Shown: positions 1-10,031 of the stretch, in pieces
Layout: each line of letters opens with the position of its first letter
How positions within the stretch are numbered: position 1 is the first letter of the stretch
From: an uncultured delta proteobacterium
GTDB lineage: Bacteria; Desulfobacterota; Desulfobaccia; Desulfobaccales; 0-14-0-80-60-11
Direction of reading: 5' to 3'
Assembly: GCA_963812015.1 (NCBI GenBank)
Contig: CAWETI010000003.1
Coordinates: 960,001-1,024,000 of the forward strand
Length of the DNA: 64,000 bases
The notes under the pieces: model-generated
The model's database searches: none
Told to the model about the DNA's origin: nothing
What the model saw: the letters and a program-made list of their open reading frames with translations, nothing else
Made by a program: the position numbers and the translations under genes

Positions 1-43
1 TCAAATCCCTGGCCCAGACGCCAGGCGAAAGATAGGTGAGGAT

Positions 44-397
44 ATGGAACGTGTAGATCAATTGGCCCGGGAGCAGATGCGAGGCGACCTGCCCGCGTTT
101 CGCCCCGGGGATACCGTGGAAGTGCATGTGCGGATCGTGGAAGGCAACCGGGAGCGCATCCAGGTCTTCAAAGGCGTGGTTATCCGGAAGCGGGGCGGCC
201 TCACCGGGGCCAGCTTTACGGTGCGCAAGGTTTCCTATGGGGTGGGGGTGGAACGCATCTTCCCCATGCATTCCCCTAACATTGACCAGGTGGTGGTCCT
301 TACCCGGGGCAAAGTCCGGCGCAGCCGCCTCTATTACCTGAGAGATCGGGTGGGCAAGGCGGCCCGGATCAAGGAAAAGCGGTCCCCGGTGCTATGA
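44..397 (+). CDS. rplS: 50S ribosomal protein L19
   Basis: [56 protein letters not shown] signature. Confidence 0.98.
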   Translation: MERVDQLAREQMRGDLPAFRPGDTVEVHVRIVEGNRERIQVFKGVVIRKRGGLTGASFTVRKVSYGVGVERIFPMHSPNIDQVVVLTRGKVRRSRLYYLRDRVGKAARIKEKRSPVL

Positions 398-1032
398 GCC
401 GCCTTCCGGGCAGCGCCGATGTGCTGGCTGACCCGGAAGGATTCTGGCGTTTTCAGGGATTGACCTTAATTGCCGGTGTGGATGAGGTGGGCCGGGGCCC
501 CCTGGCGGGGCCGGTGGTGGCTGCGGCCGTAATCCTCCCTGCCGGCTTTGCTTTGCCCGGCCTCAGGGATTCCAAGCGCCTCTCCCCGGAAGTAAGGGTG
601 GAACTAGATAGCCACATCCGGTGCCAGGCCCTGGCCCTGGCCATCCGGGAAGTGGGACCCCGCCAGATCGAGCGCCAGGGAATCCTGACTGCCTCGCTGC
701 GAGCCATGGCCCGGGCCATACAAGACCTGTCCCTAGTCCCGGAGATGGTCCTGGTGGACGGCAACCAGCCCCTGCCCCTGACATACCCCCAGCAACCGGT
801 GATCAAGGGGGACGACCGCTGTCCCTCCATCGCCGCGGCCTCCGTGGTGGCCAAGGTCTATCGGGATCGGCTGATGGAGGCGCTGCACCACCGTTACCCC
901 CAATACAATTTCGCCCGGCACAAGGGCTACGGCACTGCCGAACACCTGGAGGCCCTGCGCTGCTGGGGCCCCTGCATCCTCCACCGCCGCACCTTCCGGG
1001 GCGTGAAGGAGTGGGTGGGGGGGAAGGAATAG
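394..1032 (+). CDS. rnhB: Ribonuclease HII
   Basis: [39 protein letters not shown] motifs; follows rplS. Confidence 0.97.
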   Translation: MSRLPGSADVLADPEGFWRFQGLTLIAGVDEVGRGPLAGPVVAAAVILPAGFALPGLRDSKRLSPEVRVELDSHIRCQALALAIREVGPRQIERQGILTASLRAMARAIQDLSLVPEMVLVDGNQPLPLTYPQQPVIKGDDRCPSIAAASVVAKVYRDRLMEALHHRYPQYNFARHKGYGTAEHLEALRCWGPCILHRRTFRGVKEWVGGKE

Positions 1033-1039
1033 TTTTTGG

Positions 1040-1135
1040 AAGAGGGGGCCAGAGGCCGACGGCCCCTGCCCCCTCTCCCAAACCCACTCCCCCAACCCCA
1101 TCAGGGGAGGGTGGCACAGGCATCTCGCCTGTGCT
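1040..1135. repeat. Intergenic REP-like palindromic repeat (C-rich CCCCAACCCC type plus GCACAGGC..GCCTGTGC hairpin)
   Basis: Related sequence recurs at ~5084-5212, ~9905-9966 and ~18476-18608; the hairpin recurs at ~8697 and partially at ~61496. Confidence 0.7.
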
Positions 1136-1152
1136 AAAAGTGGCTTGATGAG

Positions 1153-1515
1153 GTGGCTTTGAAAGACTTGCGACGCCAACTGGGCGATGCCGGCGAGGAC
1201 CTGGCCGCGGCGGCCTTGAAAAAACAGGGCTACAAGATCCTGGAGCGCAATTACGTGACCCCCCTGGGGGAGATCGACCTCATCGCCCGGCAGGGGCACA
1301 CGGTGGTGGTGGTAGAGGTCAAGACCCGGAAAAGCACCCGGTTCGGCAGCCCCCAAGAGGCGGTGTCCGTCACCAAGCAGCAGCGCTTGCGGCGTCTGGC
1401 CGATTATTACCTGAAGGACAAGCGCCTGGCCGGAACCACGGTGCGCTTCGACGTGGTGGCCGTCAGCCTGGCAGAGGCTGAACCGCAGGTGGAGATTATT
1501 CAGAACGCGTTTTGA
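1153..1515 (+). CDS. yraN: YraN family putative endonuclease (UPF0102)
   Basis: GE..A...L...GY.ILERN...GEIDLIA..VEVKTR..RFDVV. Confidence 0.93.
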   Translation: MALKDLRRQLGDAGEDLAAAALKKQGYKILERNYVTPLGEIDLIARQGHTVVVVEVKTRKSTRFGSPQEAVSVTKQQRLRRLADYYLKDKRLAGTTVRFDVVAVSLAEAEPQVEIIQNAF

Positions 1516-1516
1516 G

Positions 1517-2365
1517 GTGAGCCCCATCGGCACGCTCTATATCGTCGCCACCCCCATCGGCAATCTGGAGGACATTACCTTAAGGGCCCTTAGGGTGCTG
1601 AAAGAGGTTGACCTCATTGCCGCGGAAGACACCCGTCACACCAAAAAGCTCCTGAATCACTTCGGCATCAGCACGCCGCTCATCAGCTACCACGCCCACA
1701 ACCAGGCGTCCCGGGGGCCGGAGCTGATCCAGCGCCTTGAGAATGGGGAAACGCTGGCCCTGGTGAGCGACGCCGGCACCCCGGGATTTTCGGACCCCGG
1801 CGCCGACCTGGTGGCCCGGGCCTGGGAGGCGGGGGTGAAGGTGGAGGCGGTGCCCGGCCCGGCCGCGGGGGTGGCGGCGCTCTCGCTTTCCGGGTTCAAA
1901 GGGGATATACTCTTCGTGGGTTTTCTGCCCCGGGGCGAGGGCCGGCGGCTGAAAATGCTCCAGGGGCTGGCGCCAGAACACCGGGTGATTATTATCTATG
2001 AGTCACCCCGCCGCCTGCCCCGGACGCTGACGGAAATCGCCGGGGCCATGCCCCATCGCCAAATCATGGTGGGGCGCGAGCTCACCAAGAAATTCGAGGA
2101 GACCTGGCGGGGGCAGGTGGCGGATATCGCCGCCCAGCTTCGAGACGCCGAGATCAGAGGGGAATGCGCCCTGGTGCTCTCCTGCCCCACGTCAGAGGCG
2201 CCGGCATCGCCGGCGGATCTGGAGGAGTTTTTGCTGGAGGCCGCCGGGAAGAGCGGTTTACGAGGGCGGCGTCTGGCGGACCAGGTGGCCGGTGATCTCA
2301 AGGCGCCCCGGCGACAAGTCTACCAGACCTACCTGGCCCTGAAGGAGCAAGGCCGGTTGGAATGA
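1517..2365 (+). CDS. rsmI: 16S rRNA C1402 2'-O-methyltransferase
   Basis: LYIVATPIGNLEDIT.RA, AEDTR, VSDAGTPG.SDPG, YESPRR, RELTK. Confidence 0.96.
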   Translation: MSPIGTLYIVATPIGNLEDITLRALRVLKEVDLIAAEDTRHTKKLLNHFGISTPLISYHAHNQASRGPELIQRLENGETLALVSDAGTPGFSDPGADLVARAWEAGVKVEAVPGPAAGVAALSLSGFKGDILFVGFLPRGEGRRLKMLQGLAPEHRVIIIYESPRRLPRTLTEIAGAMPHRQIMVGRELTKKFEETWRGQVADIAAQLRDAEIRGECALVLSCPTSEAPASPADLEEFLLEAAGKSGLRGRRLADQVAGDLKAPRRQVYQTYLALKEQGRLE

Positions 2366-2377
2366 GGCGGTGGGGCC

Positions 2378-2444
2378 GTAGGGGCGGGTTTTAAACCCGC
2401 CCCTACCTCGAAGTGACAGATATGTAGGGTGGGCACTGCCCACC
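2378..2444. repeat. GTAG-type REP palindromes
   Basis: GTAGGGGCGGGTTTTAAACCCGCCCCTAC followed by GTAGGGTGGGCACTGCCCACC. Confidence 0.8.
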
Positions 2445-2549
2445 AATTCCTCTGACCCTCTGATTAATTGGTGCGTGGAAAGAACCCTATGAAGAACTGA
2501 CAGGGCAAACCTGCGGCTTACCTTATTCCAAACCTGATTTCATGATACA

Positions 2550-2843
2550 ATGGCGACCGACGAAACGAAACTTTGGACGGTAGAAAAGGAACTCTGGGTG
2601 GAAAACCGCCTGGGGCTGCACGCCCGGCCCGCGGCGAAAATCGCCACCGCGGCGCAGCAGTTCGACGCCGACATCAGCCTGGAGAAAGATGGCCTAACGG
2701 TCAACGCCCGGGATTTACTGGACGTCCTGGCGATGGACTGCCCTCAGGGAACCAGGCTGGTGCTGCGGGCCCGGGGCCCCCAGGCCCGGGAGGCGGCCAC
2801 CTCCATTACTTCCTTGTTTGCCCGGAAGTTTGAGGAGTCATGA
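2550..2843 (+). CDS. ptsH: Phosphocarrier protein HPr
   Basis: NRLGLHARPAA His15 motif; adjacent to enzyme I; the Ser46 position encodes Asp. Confidence 0.93.
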   Translation: MATDETKLWTVEKELWVENRLGLHARPAAKIATAAQQFDADISLEKDGLTVNARDLLDVLAMDCPQGTRLVLRARGPQAREAATSITSLFARKFEES

Positions 2844-4624
2844 CCGAGAAAAATCGCCTACTTGAGGGTATTGCCGCTTCCCCGGGCATTGTCATAGGGC
2901 CGGCCCGTGTCCTGACCCAGGAAGGCCAGGTCTCGACGCGTCTGCTCTACACCGACCAGGAAGTGACCGACGAGTTGGAGCGCTTCAATCGGGCGGTAGA
3001 CCGGACGGAGGAGGAACTCACCCGGCTCAGGCAGGAAATTGCCGCGGATTTGAAAGAGCATGCCCATATCCTGGAGCTGCACCTGCTCATCCTCCGGGAC
3101 CGCATGCTGCTCCTGGAGACCCAGAAGCTCATCAAGGAACAGAACTTCAACGCCGAACGGGCCCTGTACCAGGCGTTCCTGAAGATCAAGGAGGTGTTCC
3201 AGCGCATCGGGGACAAACACATCCGGGGACGCATCCAGGACGTGGAGGCGGTGTACCGCCGCCTGCTGGGACATCTGACCGGCCGGGGCGCCAGCAAAGC
3301 CTTTGAGTTCGACGAGCCGGTGATCATCGTGGCCCGGGACCTGTCCCCCACGGAAACCACCCAGATGTCCAGTGACCAGGTGCTGGGATTTATCACGGAG
3401 CGGGGCGGCAAGACCTCCCACACCGCCATTATCGCCCATTCCCTGGAAATTCCCGCGGTGGTGGGTCTGGACAGCGCCACCCTGGAGATCGCCTCCGGGG
3501 ACGAGGTCATCATCAATGGCCTGACCGGCCGGGTGATCGTCAACCCGGACGAGGCGATGCGCCGGAGTTACCAGGTCCGCCGGGAGGAATTCGAGACCTT
3601 CAAGTTGGAGGTGGCCCAGGGCAGCTCCCTGCCGGCGGTGACCAGCGACGGCCACCCCAACCGGGTGCTGGCTAACATCGAACAGCCGGATGAAGTCTCC
3701 CTGGCCCAAAAATACGGGGCGGATGGGATCGGCCTCTACCGCACCGAGTTCCTCTATCTGCAGCAGCGGCAATTGCCCACGGAGGAGGAGCTGTTCCACC
3801 ATTACCGGCAGGTGGTGGAGGCCATGGCCCCCCTGGAGGTCACCATCCGGACCCTGGACATCGGGGGCGACAAATTTCTTTCTCCCCTGGAGTATGCCCC
3901 TGAGATGAACCCGGCCCTGGGGCTCCGGGCCATCCGCTTTTGCCTCAAGGAGCAAAAAATTTTCCGGACCCAGGTCAAGGCCATCCTCCGGGCCTCGGCC
4001 TTCGGCAAAGTCCGGGTCATGTTCCCCCTGATCTCCAGCCCCCGGGAGTTGCACGAGGCCCGGTTGCTGCTGGAGTCGGTGAAGGGGGAGCTAGCCAGGG
4101 AACATACCGCCTTTGATCAGAAATTGCCGGTGGGGGCCATGATCGAGGTGCCGGCGGCCGTCACCCTGGCGGACCTGTTGACCAAGGAAGCGGATTTTTT
4201 CAGCATCGGCACCAATGACCTGATCCAGTACGCCCTGGCCATCGACCGGAGCAACAAGTCCGTGGCGGACATGTATGAACCCCTGCACCCGGCGGTGATG
4301 CGCATGGTCCGGGAGGTGGTCCAGGTCAGCCGGAAGGCCGGTATCCGGGTGGCCATGTGCGGCGAGATGGCCGGCGACCCGCTCTATATCCCGGTCCTCC
4401 TGGGGCTGGGGGTGGAAGAGCTGTCCATGAACCCCACCTCCATCCCGGTGGTCAAGAAAGTCATTCGCATGACCTCCATGGGCGAGGCCCAGGAAATCGC
4501 CCGCCAGGCCCTGTCCCTGGCCACTGTGGAAGAAGTCAACGAATACGTCAGCCGGGAGATGGATCACCGCTTTCCGGATATTTTTCGGTTCGGCCGCCCC
4601 CTGGCCACCAATCGGATCCTATGA
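2840..4624 (+). CDS. ptsI: PEP-protein phosphotransferase (PTS enzyme I)
   Basis: GGKTSHTAI, GIGLYRTEF, RTLDIGGDK, NPALGLRAIR, FSIGTNDLIQY, MCGEMAG. Confidence 0.97.
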   Translation: MTEKNRLLEGIAASPGIVIGPARVLTQEGQVSTRLLYTDQEVTDELERFNRAVDRTEEELTRLRQEIAADLKEHAHILELHLLILRDRMLLLETQKLIKEQNFNAERALYQAFLKIKEVFQRIGDKHIRGRIQDVEAVYRRLLGHLTGRGASKAFEFDEPVIIVARDLSPTETTQMSSDQVLGFITERGGKTSHTAIIAHSLEIPAVVGLDSATLEIASGDEVIINGLTGRVIVNPDEAMRRSYQVRREEFETFKLEVAQGSSLPAVTSDGHPNRVLANIEQPDEVSLAQKYGADGIGLYRTEFLYLQQRQLPTEEELFHHYRQVVEAMAPLEVTIRTLDIGGDKFLSPLEYAPEMNPALGLRAIRFCLKEQKIFRTQVKAILRASAFGKVRVMFPLISSPRELHEARLLLESVKGELAREHTAFDQKLPVGAMIEVPAAVTLADLLTKEADFFSIGTNDLIQYALAIDRSNKSVADMYEPLHPAVMRMVREVVQVSRKAGIRVAMCGEMAGDPLYIPVLLGLGVEELSMNPTSIPVVKKVIRMTSMGEAQEIARQALSLATVEEVNEYVSREMDHRFPDIFRFGRPLATNRIL

Positions 4625-5079
4625 AAGAAGACAACCTCAAGATCATCTGCCGCAACCGGAAGGCTTTGTTCGAATACAGCATCGATGCCTTGTATGAAGC
4701 CGGTATGGTGTTGAAAGGGACGGAAGTCAAATCTCTGCGCCAGGGAAAGGCCAGCATCAACGACGCCTACGCCCGCTTCAAAGACGGGGAGATCTACCTG
4801 TACAACGTCCATATCAGCCCCTATACCCATGCCGCCTTGGACAGCCACAACCCGGAACGGCCCCGGAAGCTCCTGCTGCATCGCTGGGAATTGCGGCGCC
4901 TCCTGGGCAAGACCCAGGAGCGGGGCTTCACGCTGATTCCCTTGCGGATGTACTTCAGGAATGAGCACGCCAAGGTGGAGATCGCCCTGGCCCGGGGGAA
5001 AAGAAAATTCGACAAACGGGAGAGCATTCGCAACCGGGAAGAGAAGCGAGACATGGAGCGGGCCCGGAAGCGGCGGTAA
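4621..5079 (+). CDS. smpB: SsrA-binding protein
   Basis: NRKA.FEY..EAGMVLKGTEVKSLR, RKLLLH, LARGK..DKRE; start at ATG 4621 overlapping the ptsI stop. Confidence 0.97.
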   Translation: MKEDNLKIICRNRKALFEYSIDALYEAGMVLKGTEVKSLRQGKASINDAYARFKDGEIYLYNVHISPYTHAALDSHNPERPRKLLLHRWELRRLLGKTQERGFTLIPLRMYFRNEHAKVEIALARGKRKFDKRESIRNREEKRDMERARKRR

Positions 5080-5083
5080 AAAT

Positions 5084-5212
5084 TGAGGGGAGGGCCGGGG
5101 GACGAGAGTCCCCCGCCCTCCCCTCAAACTCCCCTCCCATCCCCCTAATAAGGGGTTGGGGGTGGGAGTCTGAGGGAGGGGGCAGGGGCAGGTGCCCCTG
5201 GCCCCCTCTCTC
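5084..5212. repeat. Intergenic REP-like repeat (C/G-rich family)
   Basis: Similar to ~1040-1110, ~9905-9966 and ~18476-18608; nested palindromes. Confidence 0.65.
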
Positions 5213-5235
5213 AGAAATAACTGCGAGACCATCGC

Positions 5236-5616
5236 ATGGACTGTTTTGCCAGACTTGCCGAAAATCGTATCCAGGAAGCCATTGAGGCCGGCGAATTCGA
5301 CAACCTCAGTGGCAAGGGCCGACCCCTCAACCTGGAGGATGACAGCCACATTCCCCCTGAGCTGCGCATGGCCTACAAGATCTTGAAAAACGCCGACTGC
5401 CTGCCCCCGGAACTGGAACTGCGTAAAGAAGTGGTGCAGTTGCAGGACCTGGTGGCCACTATGCCGGATACGGCCGAGAAGCTCAAGCAGATGCGGCGCC
5501 TCAATTTTCTGGTGATGAAACTGAATATGATCCGGCCGGTGTCACCCCAGTTGCTGGAGCACGACCTCTACACCCCCAAGGTCCTGGAACGGCTGGCGTC
5601 AGACGGTAATCCTTAG
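5236..5616 (+). CDS. DUF1992 family protein
   Basis: AE.RI.EA...GEFDNL.GKG.PL.LEDD..P.ELRMAYKILKNA..LPPE. Confidence 0.85.
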   Translation: MDCFARLAENRIQEAIEAGEFDNLSGKGRPLNLEDDSHIPPELRMAYKILKNADCLPPELELRKEVVQLQDLVATMPDTAEKLKQMRRLNFLVMKLNMIRPVSPQLLEHDLYTPKVLERLASDGNP

Positions 5617-5697
5617 TATGAGCCGGGACTTGGCCAGAACGAGAGGCGCCCCGCCGGGCCCAAATCTTCCCATGCCGAACCGCACCCCGGAACCTGA

Positions 5698-6384
5698 ATG
5701 AAACTTCGCTGGGACCATCCCCTGTGGCGCGGCCAGGCCCCGGTCCTGGTGCGTCGCCTGATCCAGGCCTACCTCCGGACCTGCCCGTCGGAACTGGTGG
5801 CGACGCCGGCGATTAAGCAGCTCATCGTTTCGGGACCGCCGGTTATCTACACCACCTGGCACTGCCACTTGCTGAGCCCCCTGTTCATTGCGGATCGGTA
5901 CCGGGGGGGCCAACTTCCCATGGTGCTCATGGCCAGCCCCAGCCGGGATGGGGAGTTTATCGCGGCGGTGGCCCGGGGTCTGGGGTTCGTGGTTTTTTTG
6001 GGGTCCCGGCGCAAAGGCGGGGTCCAGGCCCTGCGCCAGATGGCCCCATGGTACCGCCGGGGATACAGTTGCGGGATGATTGCCGACGGTTCCCGGGGGC
6101 CGGCCCGGGTGGCCCAGCCCGGCGTCCTCTACCTGGCCCGGGAGACCCAGGGAGTCATCCTCCCCGTGGCCGTGGCCGCCCGCCGCAAACTAACCTTTGA
6201 CACCTGGGACCGGTTTGAACTGCCCCTGCCGTTTGGCCGCCTGGCCGTGCTGGTGGGAGAACCCCTCCGGGTTGGGCGGGAGGATCGGGGGCCGGCCCTG
6301 GAGCCTAAACGCCTGGAATTGGAAGCCTGCCTCAACCGCCTTTTCCTCGAGAGCCAATCGTATTATCTCGCCGGAGAAAAATAA
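5698..6384 (+). CDS. DUF374 / lysophospholipid acyltransferase family protein
   Basis: WH, S.SRDGE, GS..KGG..AL, DG.RGP, TWDRF.LPLPF. Confidence 0.85.
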   Translation: MKLRWDHPLWRGQAPVLVRRLIQAYLRTCPSELVATPAIKQLIVSGPPVIYTTWHCHLLSPLFIADRYRGGQLPMVLMASPSRDGEFIAAVARGLGFVVFLGSRRKGGVQALRQMAPWYRRGYSCGMIADGSRGPARVAQPGVLYLARETQGVILPVAVAARRKLTFDTWDRFELPLPFGRLAVLVGEPLRVGREDRGPALEPKRLELEACLNRLFLESQSYYLAGEK

Positions 6385-6477
6385 TTCTCCTAGTCCGACA
6401 AATTGGTCAATAAACGGTTGCCTTGTGCTGCCAATGTGTTAAATTTTAATAAAATAATTAAGGAATTGTGCACTGCT

Positions 6478-7281
6478 ATGCGGTTTGAAGACTTAGACGC
6501 CCAAACGCTGGACCAGATCGGGACGCCGGAGGATAATGACAAGGCTCGGTTGCTGGTCGAGAACCATCAGGTCAAGCATGGATACCGCTTGCCTGACCGT
6601 ATGCGGGGCTTGGTATTGGATGGACAACCTTTTCGGGTAGAGGTCAGGATTCAGGATGACCAGCTCACCTATGTGTGCGCCTGCCCCCAGGAAGAAGGCG
6701 AGGCTCTCTGCACCCACGTGCTGGCATTGCTGCGGGCCTGGAACCAGGAACCGGAGAAATTTCTCAGCCAGACAGAACTGAAAGAACGGTTAAAGAAATA
6801 CTCCAAACGGGAACTGGTGGATATTATCCTGGACGTGGCGGACCGGGTGGATGCAGCCCGGGATGTCCTGAAAGAAGAAGATCAGGGTTTGGACGACATT
6901 CTGGAGTCCATTGACCGGGTGATGGAGGAGGTCTCGGATGAGGCCGCTTCCCTGGCCGAGGCCGAGGTTAAGCTCAGGCGCGCCCAGGCCCGGGCCGACC
7001 GGTTGGCCCAGAGCGGCCGCCTGGCGGAAGCCCGCTCCATATATTTCTACCTCCTGGACAATATCCTCAGCCTGGAGGAGAAGTTCAAGAAGGAGCAACT
7101 CTTCTCCCTTGACCTGAAAAAGGAGCTGTTCGAAGAATATTGCCAGTTTATCCACGAGGACCGGCACCTGGAGAAGGAACTGGTCCAGCAGGAAATCGAG
7201 CAACTGGAATCCCGGGCCCCCATCTCCCTGGGGGAACTGGATCTCTCGGAAGTCAAACGGGAACTGGCGTTGCCGGGTTAA
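6478..7281 (+). CDS. SWIM zinc-finger protein
   Basis: CACP..LCTHVLALL (CxC..CxH) followed by acidic helical region; start taken at ATG 6478. Confidence 0.75.
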   Translation: MRFEDLDAQTLDQIGTPEDNDKARLLVENHQVKHGYRLPDRMRGLVLDGQPFRVEVRIQDDQLTYVCACPQEEGEALCTHVLALLRAWNQEPEKFLSQTELKERLKKYSKRELVDIILDVADRVDAARDVLKEEDQGLDDILESIDRVMEEVSDEAASLAEAEVKLRRAQARADRLAQSGRLAEARSIYFYLLDNILSLEEKFKKEQLFSLDLKKELFEEYCQFIHEDRHLEKELVQQEIEQLESRAPISLGELDLSEVKRELALPG

Positions 7282-7364
7282 CCCGGGGCAGGCGATTGCG
7301 GCCGGGAGGGGTTCAGCCCCGTTCCGGCACGGCGCGAAGTCCCAAGATTATCTGACGAACAATC

Positions 7365-8576
7365 TCAAGACCCATCCCCCACCGCGGGGGTGGGTCTTTT
7401 GCTGTCTCCGGCGGCCGACAGCGGCGCCAGGGCCTGGGGGGACAGGATGGTTTTCTGGTAGATGCGCAGCAGCGACAGGAGAAAGGACAGGATCAGGGGC
7501 CCCAGGATAAAGCCGATCATGCCGAAATAGGTGAGACCGCCCAGGATGCTGAACAGGATGAAGATGCTGGGGGTTTCGCTGCTGCCTTTCACCAGGATAG
7601 GCTTCAGGACGTTGTCGATGACGCTAACCACCACTCCGCCCCAAATGATCAGTCCCACTCCGGCGGCGATGCGCCCGGTCATGAGGAGATAAACTGCGGC
7701 GGGCCCCCAGATGATGGTGCTGCCCACCACCGGGATGACCGAGGCCGGGATCATCACCGTGCCCCAGAAGGCCGGCTGGGGCAGCCCGAAGATCAGGAAG
7801 CCCACCCCTCCCAGGGTCCCCTGGGCGAAGGCCACGATCACCGTGCCCCACAGGGTGGCCTTGATGGTCATTTCCGTCTCCCGGAGGATCTCGTCGTTGT
7901 GGACCGCCTCCAGGGGAGATAGTTGCTTGATCGCCGCGATGAAGTCATCGCCCTGGAGGAACATGAAAAAGGCGATGAACAGCACCAGGAGCAGGTCGAA
8001 AAAGAAAATCGAGAAACCCTTGATCAGGCCGATGGCGTTGGTGTAGACAAAGGCGCTGGCCTTGGACACCACCGTCTGGACGATCTGGGCCAGGTTGATA
8101 TCCCCCGGGGGCACCGGCAGGTTGAGGTGGGTCAGGGAGAGCTTGAAGGCGTCGATCTTGGCGGCGACCCAGCTCCAGAGGTGGCCGCTTTGCATGCCCT
8201 TGGTCACCTGGCTGGAAAATTCCAGGGCCTGGGTGGCGATGATGCTCATCAGGCTGAAGAGGGGAATCAGGATCACCAGGAGCAGGATGAGGCAGGTGAG
8301 GGCCGAGGCCAGGGCTTTCCAGCCTCTGAAGAGCCGGGTGAGGGCCTGGTAGAGGGGCTTGGCAGTGAAAAACAGCACCAGGGCCATGAAGATGTCCAGG
8401 AGATAGGGCTTGATGATGAGGTAGGAAAAGTAGAGCACCGCCAGGGTGATGACCCCGAAAAACAGCCGGGCGAACCGGGTGGGAAAGCCTTCCCGGAACT
8501 CCGGGGGAGGGCAGGGGGGGCAGGTCTCCGCCTGGGGCGGGGCGGCGGTCTCCGTCTGGGGCTCTGGTTCTTTCAT
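7365..8576 (-). CDS. AI-2E family transporter
   Basis: Multi-TM; QG.LGG.GF, IPVVG...IW.P, IDN.LKP, GG...FG..G.ILGP. Confidence 0.9.
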   Translation of the reverse strand: MKEPEPQTETAAPPQAETCPPCPPPEFREGFPTRFARLFFGVITLAVLYFSYLIIKPYLLDIFMALVLFFTAKPLYQALTRLFRGWKALASALTCLILLLVILIPLFSLMSIIATQALEFSSQVTKGMQSGHLWSWVAAKIDAFKLSLTHLNLPVPPGDINLAQIVQTVVSKASAFVYTNAIGLIKGFSIFFFDLLLVLFIAFFMFLQGDDFIAAIKQLSPLEAVHNDEILRETEMTIKATLWGTVIVAFAQGTLGGVGFLIFGLPQPAFWGTVMIPASVIPVVGSTIIWGPAAVYLLMTGRIAAGVGLIIWGGVVVSVIDNVLKPILVKGSSETPSIFILFSILGGLTYFGMIGFILGPLILSFLLSLLRIYQKTILSPQALAPLSAAGDSKRPTPAVGDGS

Positions 8577-8696
8577 GGCTCACCTACTCGGTGCGGATTC
8601 ACCAGGCACTATAAGGCAAAAAGCGCGGTTTGGAAAGGGGAAAAGGAGAAGAAAGAATCCCCGGCGGCGCCGGCACCCGGCCGGTGCAAAAAAAAA

Positions 8697-8786
8697 GCAC
8701 AGGCTGGAAAGCCTGTGCCACCAGGCAGGGTGGGCATGGCCCACCGTTTCTTAAGGTTAATGATGGCGGGAAGTGCCCGGCCTACA
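8697..8786. repeat. REP-like palindrome cluster
   Basis: GCACAGGCTGGAAAGCCTGTGC; GGTGGGCATGGCCCACC; GGCGGGAAGTGCCCGGCCTAC. Confidence 0.7.
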
Positions 8787-8793
8787 AAACTAA

Positions 8794-9813
8794 TTATCCA
8801 AAAAATTCTTTCCAAATATCTGGACAATCATTTTTTAGCTTCGACTTGCCTTTGTCATTGGGAAAGATATAATTGCGGTCACCGTCGTGGCCTTCAAAGC
8901 AGTCATAAAATTTACTTAAGTATCTTTCCGTAATGTCACCGGAAAATTCAGCCAAAACCCAGAAATCTGATTGTTTATAATATTCAAATTGTTCTTCAAT
9001 TGTGCCAGCACCAGGATATCTTGTCCTTACGTAAGGCCGCTTATAAGGAGTCGCTTCTGATGCTTCTTCAGAGTCCCAAGCAAGGAAATAAAGTAATATA
9101 ATCCCTGCATATTCAAACCCTATCACGTTTACTTTTGATAGAAAAAATTCTCGATTTGAAATTGCATGAGCTAAATAATATGCAATCTTTAGTGATAAAC
9201 GCAGAGGTGCTGATTGGCGAGGAGCAAAAATAGAAGGTTTGTCAGTATTGAGTCCAATGTGCTCTGGCTTTATATATTGATACACATTAAAAATCTGGCC
9301 ATGTTTACCTTTGGCAGTAAAAGCTTGAAAGCATTTTATGTACTTTTCGCGGTGCCGTAAGGTTTCATAGACTGTTTCTCCAATCAGAATTTGATTTCCA
9401 TCAGCTTTATCCATAACGCGCTGGGCCATGTTTATTCCTGCACCCGCAACACTTGGTTGGCCATTAAAATCGGTAATTAAATTATCAACATTTGAATTAA
9501 TTCCAATTCTTACAGAAAACCGGCGTTTCTCATCTGTGCATTCTAAATTATAAAGTTGCAGACGTTCAAGGATGCCTAAGCCAAGCAGAAGATGAATATC
9601 GTAATCTCTAAATTCAATGAGAGCAATACAAAGGCCATCACCAGTTGGAAGGACTATTAATTGTTCCTTTGGAATAGAATAATGTGAAATAGTATCATTA
9701 ACAATTTTATTCATATTAATAATAATATCTGATTGAGCTTCAGCGCTGCGATCCTTAGTAAAATCAACAACATCTAAAAAAATATATTTTATAGAAGCTG
9801 TTTCTGCATCCAT
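8794..9813 (-). CDS. Class III nucleotidyl cyclase-domain protein, AT-rich (likely horizontally acquired)
   Basis: FLDVVDFT, TGDG, RIGIN, G.GINMAQRVMD.A..NQIL; composition differs sharply from the flanking genes. Confidence 0.85.
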   Translation of the reverse strand: MDAETASIKYIFLDVVDFTKDRSAEAQSDIIINMNKIVNDTISHYSIPKEQLIVLPTGDGLCIALIEFRDYDIHLLLGLGILERLQLYNLECTDEKRRFSVRIGINSNVDNLITDFNGQPSVAGAGINMAQRVMDKADGNQILIGETVYETLRHREKYIKCFQAFTAKGKHGQIFNVYQYIKPEHIGLNTDKPSIFAPRQSAPLRLSLKIAYYLAHAISNREFFLSKVNVIGFEYAGIILLYFLAWDSEEASEATPYKRPYVRTRYPGAGTIEEQFEYYKQSDFWVLAEFSGDITERYLSKFYDCFEGHDGDRNYIFPNDKGKSKLKNDCPDIWKEFFG

Positions 9814-9878
9814 AAAAGATGATCCCCTTTAATTGTTAGCCTCAGCCAAGTGCGTAATATTCATTACATGGTTATAAA

Positions 9879-10022
9879 GGCGACCCAGCGGGTCGCCCCT
9901 ACTTATGGGGGTTGGGAGGGGGGTGTGGGGGGAGGGCAGGGATGAAGTCCCTGGCCCTCCCCCCACAAAACATCTGCATTTCGGCAATAATCCCGTAGGG
10001 GCGCTTCGCGAAGCGCCCCTAC
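9879..10022. repeat. REP-like palindrome cluster
   Basis: GGCGACCCAGCGGGTCGCCCCTAC; GTAGGGGCGCTTCGCGAAGCGCCCCTAC. Confidence 0.75.
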
Positions 10023-10031
10023 AATGGTTCT

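Noticed and set aside
4621..5235. tmRNA next to smpB
   Set aside because: The downstream sequence is a REP-like repeat; no ssrA termini seen.
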